Assembly: GCA_951406725.2 (NCBI GenBank)
Contig: OX597821.1
Coordinates: 52,080,001 to 52,144,000 of the forward strand
Direction: 5' to 3'
Origin: Octopus vulgaris
Lineage: Eukaryota
Length of the DNA stretch: 64,000 nt
Shown here: one piece after another, positions 36,996 through 50,640 of the stretch
Layout of the letters: each line of letters begins with the position of its first letter
Position numbering within the stretch: the stretch's first letter is position 1
Made by a program: the position numbers and the translations under genes
Notes under the pieces: generated by a model
The model's input: only the letters and a program-made list of their open reading frames with translations
What the model was told of the DNA's origin: nothing
Databases searched by the model: none

Positions 36996-37740
36996 TATTA
37001 CATCATGTAAAAAAAAAAGAAGTCTTCTTCAGATTTAATACTTAAAGTTCTTCATATAAACAGAGCGTAATGCAAGTTGACTCTCCCATCTTGGTTACGG
37101 CTATGAGAGTGAATAACGAATGCTATTTCAAAGTAAATATACATGGTAATAAATTAATGAACTTGTCTAAGGGACTGAAATAGAGGAAGGAAATCAATGG
37201 AAATAGAAAGAGAATAAAAGGAAAGAGGAAAGGGAAAGAAACCTTTCCATTCACTTAAAGGATATCAAAGGGTTTTAAGGACTAACAGTCAATGGGAGGA
37301 GATGTTCAGCCATCATTTGGTGGCATCAAGATAAGCATGAGAATGAGAGATGGTAAATAAAATTAACATGAGGTGCGATAAAGATGAATGGAATAAACTG
37401 AAGGCATGACCAGAAAACAGTAAATGGGGCGCCAAGAAGGTTCACACATACGCTCACATACACACATACACACATACGTGAATACATGCATATACACACA
37501 TACGTGAATACATGCATATACACACATATGTGTACACGCAGCCACATACCGGTATAATACATCCGCACCACTCGCTAGAATACATAACAGATTGCAAAAA
37601 CTGTACAAATGACATATGTATATATATATATATACATATATAGTTAATCCAAACAAGAAAGCACAAAAAAACACAACAACGCGAGGACGTGGAACAAATA
37701 TAGTATCATTGGACGCTTAAGAAAGAAGGAAAGAAGGAGG

Positions 37741-37775
37741 GTTTAACGTTTCGAGCGGAGCTCTTCGTCGGAAAC
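37741..37775 (-). ncRNA. Ultra-minimal hammerhead-like motif with U4C change, in a short repeat (~37650-37846)
   Basis: Minus strand: GUUU-CCGACGA-A-GAGC UCC GCUC-GAAAC GUU-AAAC. Stems I and II are perfect; stem III is the loopless palindrome ACGU. Confidence 0.55.
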
Positions 37776-37846
37776 ATAGGAGAAGGAAAGATCTAGAGAA
37801 GGGAAGACAGAGGAAAAAAAAATCGCCAACGGTACACACGCGGTCA

Positions 37847-38123
37847 CACACGAGAGTAAGCATATAAATTGAAACAAGGTAGAAAAAAATAGTACTCAAA
37901 TACCAGAAGTAGAATAATATGCTTTATTAAAAAGCATCAAAAAATCACAAAAACTGTTACTCAGATTCTAAACAAAACTGTCTGACGAACGGGAACGTGA
38001 AACTCTGAGTAACAGTCTTTGTGATATTTCTGCTGCTTTTAAATAAAGCATATTATTCTACTTCTGGTATTTGAGTACTCATTTTTCCACGATGTTTCAC
38101 ATTTACGTGCTTACTCTGGTGTG
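37847..38123. repeat. Fold-back element with ~118-bp inverted arms around a hammerhead
   Basis: 37847-37965 (AGAGTAAGCA...AGTACTCAAATACCAGAAGTAGAATAATATGCTTTATT...CTGTTACTCAGA) is the reverse complement of 38004-38123. Confidence 0.88.
37977..38016 (+). ncRNA. Canonical minimal type I hammerhead ribozyme
   Basis: ACUGU-CUGACGA-ACG GGAA CGU-GAAAC UCUGA GUA-ACAGU. All core nucleotides are present, stem I is 5 bp, stem II is 3 bp with a GNRA loop, and stem III is the quasi-palindrome ACUC-U-GAGU. Predicted cleavage is after GUA at 38011. Confidence 0.85.
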
Positions 38124-38244
38124 CGTATATATATATATATATATATATATAGAAGGAGCTTCTACAGGACTAGAACTGTTTCATTCAGATGAAATGTATT
38201 GAGTACCTTATTTACTGTGGTTAACCCCGACTCAACCCGGGACC

Positions 38245-38316
<72 letters not shown>

Positions 38317-39088
38317 TTTAGTTGAACAAACTAGAAATACAACTCAGTGCATGAATATATGTATTTTTCAATGGGTGGAAATAATAATAATGTGACTGAA
38401 GGGCCTAAAGTTTCGTACATACCATTTTTGTATGTATGTACGTATGTGTGTGTTTGTGTGCATGTGTGTGCGTGTATACGTGCAAGATTCTTCAGGCTTG
38501 TCTGCATGTGTGAACTGAGTTTTTGTTTTACATTTTACACAAAATAGTCGCCATAGTTGTTTTTTTTTTTTACAACACAACACACATGACACACAACACA
38601 ACATAATGCATACAACACAACACACACAATTGTTATCTGGTATTGCTGAACTCCTGAACACTTTCACTCTACGGCAGTTTGTATGTGTGTGTGTGTAGGC
38701 GGGTGCATGCTGTGTATGATAGTGAGACTATGCGTGCTCATTTGTTTGGTTGTACGTCTGTCTCAGTACTCACACACACATACCCACACGCATGTAAACA
38801 CACACACACACATATGTTTAATTCGAATGTGTGTATGCAGCATAATTATGTCTATGTGATTGATAAGACAAATTACAAGAGCTAACGACAAAAACGTTTC
38901 AGTATATCTCGAGTTTTATTATTTGTTGCCCTTTGCTAAGTAAGGGCTGTGAAAGGTTTTTGATAAATACCAAAGTTCTCTAACACCAAGATAGCAGCAA
39001 CAACTGTTTTACAGATGCAATGGCCTCTGGCTTCACTTTTATCTCTGACATTTACTCACCTCATATATATGATCTTTCTTACTTTTCC

Positions 39089-39220
<132 letters not shown>

Positions 39221-39309
39221 ATACACACACATTTTCATACGTACATTCATAGATATTTCTGTATACGTCCGTTAACCAATGTTTGTCAATCTGTCTTTCT
39301 GCCAGTCCG

Positions 39310-39357
<48 letters not shown>

Positions 39358-39499
39358 TACATATGGGATCTCTTAACACTTTTACTCTATAGATTTCTTT
39401 AATCTCACTTCAATGAGTCCCTTCATTGAGTCTCTCTTTCTATTTTTTCATATTTCACATAGTTGTAGGTGGACGTCGCAGCAGTACAAATTGGCAGGG

Positions 39500-40045
39500 T
39501 TCTATATTTAAGAGATGAGGAATTATGTGGATTATTTACATTAAACAGATATTTGTCATCTTGTGTGTTGTATATCGGCTGATATACCCTCCAGCCTACT
39601 TCAGGTGTCTTGGGGAAATTTCGAACCTGGGTTCTCATGCCTAAGGTATTTTTCGATTTTATATTATTATTATTATTATTGTTCAGGTCGAAGTCGTAAT
39701 CTTGGGGTTAGTAGCCCGCACTCTTAACCACTATGCCATATGCCCGTGGGCAATTATGCAGTGAATTTTAGGACTATTAAATCTAATATTTTTCTATCCT
39801 TCCTATTCGTTTACCCTTATTTTGAGGGGGCGGCATGTTTCGCCTTTATGTAACCTACCACAGCTGAATAGCATGGTCATATTCTCTTCTATTGGTGGTT
39901 TTATCCGAAGAAGAATTTTGCGAAGTGTTGCATTACTCTTGAATACTGTTCTGATGTCATATGGGCCGCATATCTTTTGTATCTTTTCGGAGAGGCCTTT
40001 CACATAGGGTAGACTGGCCTCATCCTCTCTCTTCTTCATAATTGG
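39500..40045 (-). mobile_element. Inverted Penelope fragment plus terminal region with tRNA-like promoter and two decayed hammerhead-like motifs
   Basis: LPYVKGLSEKIQKIC..YDIRTVFKS..TLR..L...KPP...SCGRLHKGETCRPLKIR duplicates ~40428-40695 in inverted orientation. Downstream lie an A box TGGCATAGTGG (39738-39728) and hammerhead relics (39646-39570). Confidence 0.8.
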
Positions 40046-40860
40046 AAACCAGCACTATGGCTACGATATGCTAATGACACCTTTATACTCTGGCCCCACC
40101 AGGGAGATGCACAAGAACTGTTAAATCATGTCAACTCAATAAAGCCATCCATACAGTTTACAATGGAAAAGGAAAAAGACATTCCTAGACGTAATAACAC
40201 GCACCAAATATGGATTCAGGACATCCGTATACCGCAAGCCGACCTTCACTGGACGATATCTCAACTTCAATTCCCACCATCCATACAATGTAAAGAGAGG
40301 GATTGATCAGTGCCTAAAACATTGTACAAAAAATATAAGTAGCGATCGTGATACACATCACGAAGAAATGATCAAGCTCAATAACGATCTGTTAGGCAAC
40401 AACTACGCCAAAAGTATACTATCCACGCCAATTATGAAGAAGAGAGAGAGGATGAGGCTGATAAACTCCACAGTCTGTTTACCCTATGTGAAAGGCCTCT
40501 CCGAAAAGATACAAAAGATATGCGACATCAAGACAGTATTCAAGAGTAATACAACACTTCGCTAATATCTCCTTCGAGTAAAACCACCAATAGAAGAGAA
40601 TATGACCAAAGACTACGTGCACTCCATCCCATGCAGTAGTGGTAGGTTACACAAAGGCGAAACATGCCACCCCCTCAAAATAAGGGTAGGCGAATATCGC
40701 AAAACTGTGACACGAGGAGATATTGATAAATCGGGTATAACTGATCATGTATGGTAAAATGGAGACCACCTATCCCTGTGGGATGAAGTTAAAATAATAG
40801 AGAGAGAACACCACTAGAAAATACGAAAATTAAAAGAAGCAGCACATATGCTAGAACAGA
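40046..40860 (+). mobile_element. Penelope-like retroelement fragment: RT C-terminal motifs, thumb and GIY-YIG
   Basis: KPALWLRYANDTFILW (RYVDD motif decayed), IQFTMEKE..FLDV, TSVYRKPTFTGRYLNFNSHHP, LPYVKGLSEKI and VHSIPCSSGRLHKGETC. Frameshifts and stops are present. Confidence 0.9.
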
Positions 40861-40964
40861 CCGTGTGTAGATATGAGCACCGGTATTAAGAAATGATAAA
40901 AAATAAATGATATATACATAAATACAAACATGGATGCATATATGCATACACACACACACACACA

Positions 40965-41001
<37 letters not shown>

Positions 41002-41321
41002 CTGTATATATACACAGATATACATACACATTTATGTGGGTGTACTTGTGCAAGCACGTTTTGTAAAATGATTGATGATGTTTTACATCGATTTCCGGTG
41101 CAACTAAATTATGCACGAAAGGCAAAATTGCTGTATTTTCTATTTTTCTATAACAAATAGTAGGAAGAAAACGAAAAGAGACCAGTAAACTGTCAAAGAC
41201 TTCAACCAATTCTATCACTTATTTGAGGATGGAGAGAGTGTTTGAACTTAGCTCAGCTCCGTTCTCGTAGATTTGCCTTTGCAATTGTTCCAACAAAACA
41301 ATTGTAATTCGTATTTGTCGG

Positions 41322-41530
41322 GAGGCAGGGAGCTGGCAGAATGGTTAACACGCCGACAAAATGCTTTGCAGTATTTCGTCCGTATTTACGTTGTGAGTTC
41401 AAATGCCGCCGAAATCGATTATGCTTTTCATCGTCTCGGGCTCGAAAAGTTTGCACCAGTTGAGTACTGGGCTCAATGTAATCAGCTAATCCCTTTCCCC
41501 TCAGATATCCGGCTGTGTGTATAGTAAAAA
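41322..41530 (+). mobile_element. SINE family C, diverged
   Basis: GGCAGGGAGCTGGCAGAATGGTTAAC...GAGTTCAAATGCCGCCGA. Confidence 0.75.
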
Positions 41531-42099
41531 GAAAAAATTAATACTCATTGGAAAAATAAAATAGCAAAAAACAAAAATAGAAGGAAACGCAAAAAACAGA
41601 AACAAGAAATGCTTGTTTTATCACTGCGATAATAAATGGCCGCGTTTATATGTAATCTCAAAGTTCCAAAAAGTACTGGTTAGTCAGCTCCAAATATTTG
41701 CGGCTTTTCAACACTGTCATTATACCCCATAACAGGCACTTCCATGGGAAAGAAATTGCCCAATTTGCTCAAGTTTAAAATTTTAAAAATGGTAAAGCAT
41801 TACGACGTGTCGTTGCTGATTGAATGAGATTCGGATATGATAAGGGAAACCGCAATTAACTTTGCAGAACAATTCGTGAACATTCCTCCCTTTCATAGGA
41901 TTACCGCCCTGATAAAAGACTGACTGATACACGCTATTGCTTCAAATGAACTTCGCCAAACCAAAACAAATGTCATCATTGTAAATTATGTCTCCCAAAG
42001 ATGCAATGTATAATGTATGCAGCCGTGCATCAAGATTTGAAGGTGAAGGTCTCACCGATTGACTTTTATCTCATTTATCTGTCCTAACAAATACTGCAC

Positions 42100-42700
42100 C
42101 AGAAAATGCTCACTCTTAATATCCTACCAGACTCATGAATATCCTTATTTATCATAGCGAAAGGCGATGAGCCCACAAATTTGTAGCTGCTTATAGTGCC
42201 ATTGATATTTGAGAATCAACTGTGAAAGAATACTTCGATGCAAGTATAGGCAAAACAGATGTGTAAAAGAATGACAAAAAGCCTTGCAGGGAAGGTCAGA
42301 CGCAGATATAATTTCTTTATTGTCGATATGAATGGGAAGGCTTGCTTGAAATCAGTAGTAGTCCAATAAGCATTATGTTTCAAATTAAAGAATATCTCGA
42401 ATGGTGTGTTCAAAATCATTTATAGTAACTTCAACATAAAAGCAAGAATTTGATAGCAAGAAATACGTTAACTTCCACATATACAAGCAATGGCGAAGAA
42501 GGAATAGCTCATGTTGTAGTTTCAAGTTTTGAAATTATTTGTCAGACGCACTAAAACTGTTTGTTTATAATTTTAAAGACAATCAATAGACTCTCTGGTC
42601 ATTGGGGCACTGAGTAAAGTCTTGTCAATAAGACCCAGAACTGGTGGAAATTTTGATTAAAATGATTATCGTCATATTTTTGTAAACAAGCAATTAAGCG
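42100..42700 (+). pseudogene. Very degraded LINE apurinic-endonuclease remnant (RTE/CR1-like)
   Basis: Scattered motifs appear in the expected order: AYSA, FFIVDMNGK (cf. GDFNAKVG), NLIARNT (cf. L.I.NT.F) and NDYR (cf. SDHR). Confidence 0.3.
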
Positions 42701-45700
42701 TTAACACCTCGAAGAGACTTGTTAATGCGCAATAGCAATACGAGAGTATAGTGTAGACAATATGTTTAAGAGTTTGACACTAAACTGGCTATACTTCTTT
42801 CGATTCTTTGAGATGTTGAGGCCTTAGAAAGTTCCCGAATAAGAATCACTGGAGAAAGAATGATATATTCTCTATCGTAATCCGTGACTAGAAGGCGTGC
42901 AGATTGGAAAATGATTTTTGTTGGTGTTGAAGTGTGTTTTGCAGGTAATGCACTTAGGTAGTTGCTAGTAGGAAATGAGCAACTGGGAATTAGATCTCTT
43001 GCAGCTCTTTGTTGCATTAAAGTTGACCATATGCTTTAAGGGAGAAACATTATTATGTGATCACGCATTTGACTCGATTCAATTACGATTATTGATATCA
43101 AGTAAATCGATTTTGAACATAAATTCGGATATTATATTTTTAACCTCTTGATCGACAATTCACTTCTGTACCACAACGGCAAGTAATTTATATAAATAAT
43201 AATTTTTCCAATGTGCATATGAAATATAAAGTTTTTAGAACAGAGGAAATAAAAATGAGATAGTCTTCATGCCCTTCTCTAAAACATTTGTGTCGTCAAC
43301 AGAAGGCAATTTCAAATGATTTTCTAAAATGGTAAGTTTAGTGAAGTGAATTGATGAAATGCAAATTGTATCACGCTTTCTAGTTTTTTACTCTTGTTGC
43401 TTAGCCCAAGTTCAGCCTGATCAAATAGACATAATGATTAAAGGCCTTCCCGCCATGACCATCCTGTATACATCCAGAGCCACGTAAAGCAACGTATCCT
43501 TTTCTAAGACGTTGGAGATGTGACTTAAGAGAGAATTGGTTGCTACTTATCTCATGCCATATGACTACGTAGAACCGTCCTCCTTTTAATGCTACTCCTT
43601 ACAGTGTAAGGTTACAAGAAAATGTAATAATAAATCAAAACTGATCTCTATTAAAATCTCTTTAGTATTGGTCTATTATATAGGCTACAAATGACAACAA
43701 ATATCTGTGGGAATAGAAGCTATTATTATGACTGGTACTTTACTTTTTTTTATCCTGGAGTGCTGGAAGGTGAATATGTCTCTGTATTATTTTAATTCAG
43801 TAGAACTAAATTTAATGTTATTCAATGCAAAACTATTTCCACAAGTATGAATAATTTTAAACATCATTAATTAGCAGATAATTAGATTAGATACCAAGAT
43901 TATATTTAAACATTACACGAAGAAAACTTACAATGGACTTGAATTATATTAAAGACAAGCATTGAAGGCTGTGCCTTTTTGAATATTTTCACTATTATTA
44001 GACAAGCGATATATTTAGAATCAAAGAATTATTGATGTTACTAGATTTCTCTCTCGTCAGCAGAGCTTTTAAAGAAATGGCTCTATTTATGGTTGGCATA
44101 AAAGAATAAGAATGATTTTCGTATTTTTATACATGTTTTGTAAAGGAAATTCCACAGATCTTTTATGTTTCAACGATGTATATAAAGAGTATCGCAGAAA
44201 CTGTGGAATAACGAGCTAAAAGTTTGCAGAAACGGTAAAACATGTTAAATGCATAATATTGTTTAATTTTATTCTTCTTACGTTCGAAAACCTATGGCAA
44301 TTCTATTTCCCTTTCGGATTAATTTAACCGACTATAACCATAACCATTCACAACGAACATTATTCCTGTGCTTCATTATAAGAAATTATGGTCAATGGGA
44401 CGTGAACATGAAAACAGATATTACCTTAGACTTAACGCCTATTTCCATATCACAATCAGTGGAAGTGACAGAAAATCTCAGCTGATATTTTTTAAAGCTG
44501 AATACTTTGTATGTAAAATATATTTTTTCAAAAAATAAAGTAAGAATTGTGCAAGTATTTTGCTGAAAATAAGGAATTTAGAATTTATTGTGAATCGAAA
44601 CCTTCTTCCTAACACTTACCGTTTCCTGAGTGTCAAGTATTACATAAATCCATTGATTGTTTGAAAGATAAGGGGGTGTTCTGATAGAAAAAAATAAGCC
44701 ATCAGCCAATAACGATAAAAATGTGTTTTTCTGACTTCAGCTGATATTATTACACTTCATAGAGATTGGCAATATCTTTAGGTATTGTCGTTGTAGATCT
44801 TTATTTCCTTAGACAAAAGAAATCAATACAATACACGTGTTAAACTCTCATAGATTGTCATAAAACGATGGTTCACTGCAGTTTTTGTGGTTTTTACCAG
44901 GTTGCTGCTGTTGCTTAGCCCAAATCGGCATTGATCAATTAGATCTACAATCATGGACATCCCAGATGTCGCTATCTCATTTATTTTTCAGGATTAATAT
45001 ATCCAGGACTGTATTATCCAATATAATCTAGTTTAAGGACGGTAGGATGTAATTTGAAGGAAATTTGGTTGCTATTATGTGACGGTTCCCCCGAGAGCTC
45101 ACGTGTTCCATACCAGGTAAACTAAAAGAGTGTAAATACCATATTGGATGTACAATCTCATAGTCAGTTGAGCCTATGGTGGAGGGACCGTCAGTGAGTT
45201 CCATGGTGGAGGTATAGTCTCTTAACCGTATGAGTTTGCAACACAAGTTCAGGGGCTGTTCTAACTATTGTTTACATAAAATAATGAAAATGAGAAAATC
45301 TCAGTGATTGGTATGGGGTCTGCTGTCTGATTTGCTCTGGATTCATAACATGAGAAAAAGAAGTCTTTAGTGTTCCAGTTCTCTACGCTCTGAGTTCAAA
45401 TCGCTCCGAAGTCAACTTTACCCTTCATCCCTTCCTGCTCAATAAAATGAAATATCAGTCCGGGACAATGAGCAGGTGAAACTATTTTGGTTCGAGCGAG
45501 ATACCTTGTGGTATCTGTTTCAACTCTGTGCGTTCTGGATTTTTAAGTGTTAGACTTACACCGATTACTCGGTTTAAGGCTACCACCTGGTCCTTGGGTC
45601 TCTGTAGAAGAGTCCACTTTGTTCTAAGCAATCGCACCAGATCTCTGATTTATGTATAAATTCTAACGGAAGCCGCGAAAAACCAAAGGTCGTATTTTAA

Positions 45701-48272
45701 AGTAATAGGATTCTAATCTACCTTCGCTAACTAAATGGTGAAAAAATTATTAGAATTTTGAAGGATTTAAAGCAGAAAGAGTGATATTAAATATCTTGTC
45801 AAAAAAACAACACGTACTTTTACTCGCTGAAAGCATACAATGGCTCCCAGGCATTTCGATTTTTATTTCTATCTGTGCAGTGTATTCGCAATATATATTA
45901 AAAGTGAACCTTGATATGTTCATGAATTCACCTCATACAGGTATTAACTTGTCAGTAGTTTGTATTTTAATTCTTGATTAGATACAACCTCTTTTACTAA
46001 ATGTAGGATGATAAAAGGCAGAAAAGAAATCAGCATTAAAATTTATGTCTTTAACTTTAGTTCTAAAGTTTCAACTCATTAAGAAATCGTTATCATTTCA
46101 TTTTAACACAAACTCCGTCACAACTCACCAATCGAAAAAAATTAATAACTATTTAAATTGGAAGTTAATGAAACGAAAGACTTAACCAGTTGAAATAAGT
46201 ATAACGCGGAAAATATGTAAAAGAATATATAAGTAGGTAATAAGAAAGTCATTAAAAATAGATTTATCCCCAGGAGGCATTTCTGATGGAAATTTCGATA
46301 TAATTTACCAAAGATTCTCCAAAGTAACAAGAAATAAAAATAAATAAAATTCTTGAGATATATGGAAATAATTTAAAATGGTGATATAGGAGATGAGAAG
46401 TCGAAGAATATATGAACTGATAAATGATTCAAATAATGTAGATACATTAATAAATATTATAGATTTTTACCGATATGAAAACAGAGTTCGAAGATTCACG
46501 AAAGGAAAACAAAATAAAAATACTAAAAACAAAAAAGCAACTAAAAATTTTAAAATAGCAAAGAAATGACTTCAGGGAGGTGGCAGAGGAGGGAAAAGTT
46601 GAAGAAGAAAAAGAACAACAATAATGATAGTAAGAAAAAGAAAGAAGAGAACAGGCACAATTAAGAAGAAAAAAAAAAAGAAAAGGAAATCAGGTCGTTG
46701 CATGCAATCAAGATAAAAGATTTTTTCCTTCCTGAAATACTGCTGAGAACTTTATTTAGTACGTTTCCATTGAATCAATATAGCTAAATTGTCTTTTAGA
46801 AATTATTTCTTTAGTTTAGATCTTAATCGAAAGTAAAATGAGTATAAAGTTGACATAATTTTATTTGGAGATTCTTAATTAAATTTATTAACCATGTTGC
46901 TGTTGGTGATAACAGTGTTAATATCTGTAAAACTGTGATATGCGTTATACTGTTATATCAGTAAATATGGTAGTAACTAATTTATAACACCGATACTATG
47001 CAATAATTCACCTCAAGGTGGATGTTACTGAAAATTATAGCATTTTCTAAGAAGAAATGACCACTAGCTTTAGATATGGAACTGAAAACTGATTCTTATG
47101 AGATTAAAAGCATAATTAACAAAAAAATTAAATGCTTCAGTAATTGTTCAGTGTAGCCTAGACTTTTGATCCCGTTGACCAGAAGGTGAGGAACATAAAA
47201 ATAAGACTTCGTATTTAATTAAAATGAAGTTATACGAGGTAAAAAAACAACAACAACAAAGGGTTTCATGGATGCAGTAAAACAGATAAATGGCGATTGT
47301 GCTGCCGTTTCTGGGTCAATAAAAAGCAAATAGTTGATGCATTTCAAAATATATTCAAACGCAGGTTTTACCATGTAGTGAAGAAGTTTGCTTCACAACC
47401 ACGCAGTGAAGAATTTTGCTTCACAACCTCGTAGATCCATCTGGATCTTAATGTGGAGTAGATTGGAAAAAATGTCAACTATTGCAGTTTCGGTTCGAGT
47501 TAGAACTAGTAAATGGATTCTGGTATCTATGAAGCAGACTCTGTCTGCCTGTCTATATATTTCCCCCTCTCTCTCTCAGTCTCTCGATACACACACATAT
47601 ATTCATACATGGTGTGGTGTGCATAAATATTAATTATTTAAACTTCACCACTGAGCAGCATACAGTATGCAGATTAGCCTAGTTGTTACAACCACTTTCA
47701 AGTTTGTGCTTGATTTAAATAGCTACCTACAGTAAGTTTTCTTTGTAGGTAGAGAGTGGGACCGGTATGCAACAATGCCTTTAAGTGGAAGGTCCTGAAA
47801 TGGTTCGCATCCTCTCCTAATGAAACCATAAACTAACATCTGCTATACGAAGCTTTCAACTGGTAGCACATGCATCTGCAAATTGTTTGCAATATATTTA
47901 TATATGTATGTATGTATATATATATCTCGGCAAGGCTATAGACAAACAGACGCGCACAAACACACACACAAGCACACACACAGTGATGATGCATAATCTA
48001 GGGGTTAGGGTGGTGGGCTCGCAATCGGAATGCCGTGGGTACAATTTCAAGACTGGGTGTCACTTCATTTTACATTGTTCCAGTTTATTCAACTGTAACT
48101 AGTACTAGTTGTGCTGCATCAATGATAAGGAGGTTGAGAGAGCGTCTGTGTCTACACAGGCTTTGAAAACAATTTGCGAAATCATGGTATATGTTTGCAA
48201 CACGTACTCGTTATATAAATGAATTCCAACCGTTTTTTCCACTATCAAATCTTACTCACAATTTATTAAGGG

Positions 48273-48580
48273 AAGGCGCGTGGCTTAGTGGTTATGGTGT
48301 TCGGTTCACGATTGTAAGGTCGTGAGTTCAATTCTCGGCGGCGAGTTGTGTCCTTGAGCAAGACACTTAATTTCTCATTACTACAGTCCACTCAGGTGCT
48401 AAAAATGAGTTGTACCTGTAATTCAAAGAGCCAATCTTGTGGAATTCTTTGTCACGATAAAATAATTCTCCTTGAGAACTACGTTAAGGGTACACATGTC
48501 TGTGGAGTGCTCAGTTAATTCCACGAGGAGCCTGTTCGGTTGGTCGAATCAACTTGAACACTCGTTGTCGTAACCGACGA
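48273..48580 (+). mobile_element. tRNA-derived SINE with a different head and a family B type 1 tail
   Basis: Head GGCGCGTGGCTTAGTGGTTA...GAGTTCAATTC...TGTCCTTGAGCAAGACACTT. The tail GAGAACTACGTTAAGGGTACACATGTCTGTGGAGTGCTCAG...GTCGTAACCGACG is shared with 22184-22566. Confidence 0.75.
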
Positions 48581-50218
48581 CAAAACAGGCCAAAGTATTA
48601 GCCAAAGATAGGAGATGTTTGTTCAAAGTGCTGCTCAGTGTGATCGAAACCGGAACCATGCGATTGAGAATCCTACGTAAAATAATACTAAATAAGAGGT
48701 CAGTAAAAGAGCAGAGTCAACATCAAATTGTCACCTAACGATATTATTGATTCCCAAGTGAAGAGATTGTCACAAAGCATGTAATGACATTGCCAATAGT
48801 GGTTCATGTGGTTTATCTGTCAAAGTACATGGAAATTGTTTTAACGGAGCACTCAACTTTAATTATAGAAATAACAATAGCAGCAATATCTCAAACAAAA
48901 GAAGTAAAAAAAATTAACAAAGTAATTAAGAAATAATGACAAAGTCAACCAGAAAATAACTTGACTTAAAATCTAAAATTGCTTAAACTCAACTTTCATT
49001 TGTGTGTGTATAAATCAGAGAAACTATGTTTTGTTAAAGACAAATGAAAAGCTTTTTATTTTTCTTACAGCTTCTAAATGTAATACGAGAATCTATCCAT
49101 TTGTGGAGAGAAAACAAATTTAATGAAAACTCAAAAACAAACACACAAAAAAGATCAATTTAATGGATTTCAAGTTTTCTTCTGACTCTAAATAAAGTTG
49201 TTGAACAATCCTAGAGTTTTCGTTGTCAAATAAACATTTTAGCATCTCAGATTTTAAAATAATTCCACAAATATCAATAAATTTAAAGAATTCAGATATT
49301 TTGCGATATGAACGAAATTGTTTCGCATATTAAGTTAATATCAATGTTCAGGAACCTCAGCATGGCCGATCGACATGCTAGGAAAGACAGTTAAATATTT
49401 CTCAAATCATGCCGCAACGTCTTAAAAATGAAGAACACAAGATTATACTGTTGTAAAAAGACTGGGTTGTCTTGGCTGGAATGTTTTTGATTGTAAGTCG
49501 AGAATGAATAAAATTGACCTGGGATTAAATAACATCTGAAAGAACAAACGTGGCTGTTCTATCTGCTAGATATAACAGCCAAACAAAATCTGTATTAAAC
49601 AGATAAGAAACGGATTGATGTGGTCTGAGAAACATTTAGTAAAAAAACAGGTCGGTCACCTCTTGAGCGTTCTTGGTCATAGGTTGGTTTAATCAAGTCT
49701 GATGCGGGGTTTATTAACTACGACAGTAATCAGCATTCACAGATTATTCTATTTCTTTTCTAAACTGACATTTTGTTTTGTTTAAAAATATGTAAAATAT
49801 TTTCTTCAGTCTAAATAAAATATCTGCTTGGTGTTGCCGTTGTCCTTGTTGCGATGATTATGCCTTCCATAACCTTGACTCATCAAACCTATAAACGGAG
49901 TTTTCCACCCCACTTAGAATATCTTTACGTATTTCATATTTGTATCTAGGACAACGCTTTCAAAAGCGTACTTGCAAGAATTTTCAAAACGACAGTTTCT
50001 ATCTTTCAAGTTCAACTCATAAGCCATTGACCGACCTGAGGCTACAGTAAAAGACTAACAAATTTATAACTAAGCTGATTAAAAAAGAAATTCGTAACTA
50101 TACATACAACCACAACTGTGCTAATGGCTAATAATCTTATCTCTTTAACAGACCTACAGCGATTTGGTTTCCTTCAGAATAATTTCAGAATGCCCTAAAT
50201 ATCTTACTGGTCAAATAT

Positions 50219-50367
50219 AGGCGTGACAGTGTGGTAAGAATCTTGCTTCGCAACCACATGGTTCGGCGTTCAATCTCATTGCGTGGCAACTTGAGCTTCT
50301 ACTATAGCTTCGGCTGACCAAAGCCTTGTGAGTGGATTTGGTAGACGGAAACCAAAAGAAGCCCGTC

Positions 50368-50413
<46 letters not shown>

Positions 50414-50640
50414 GTGTCTTTGTGTCAGTGTTTGTCCTCCTCCACTGATTGGCAACCGGTGTTGTTGTGTTTACGTCCACATAACCTGGCGGTTCAGCAA
50501 AAGTTACCGATAGAATAAGTACTAGGATTAAAAATGTAAGTACTGGGATCGATTCATTCAACTAAAAATTCAGAGCGGTGCTCCAGTATGACCGCTGTCT
50601 AATGTCTGAAACAAGTAAAAAATAAAAGACAAAAGATAAA
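50219..50640 (+). mobile_element. SINE family A, diverged full length
   Basis: GTGTGGTAAGAATCTTGCTT...CCTTGTGAGTGGATTTGGTAGACGGAAAC...(TA)n...CCGATAGAATAAGTACTAGG. Confidence 0.85.
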
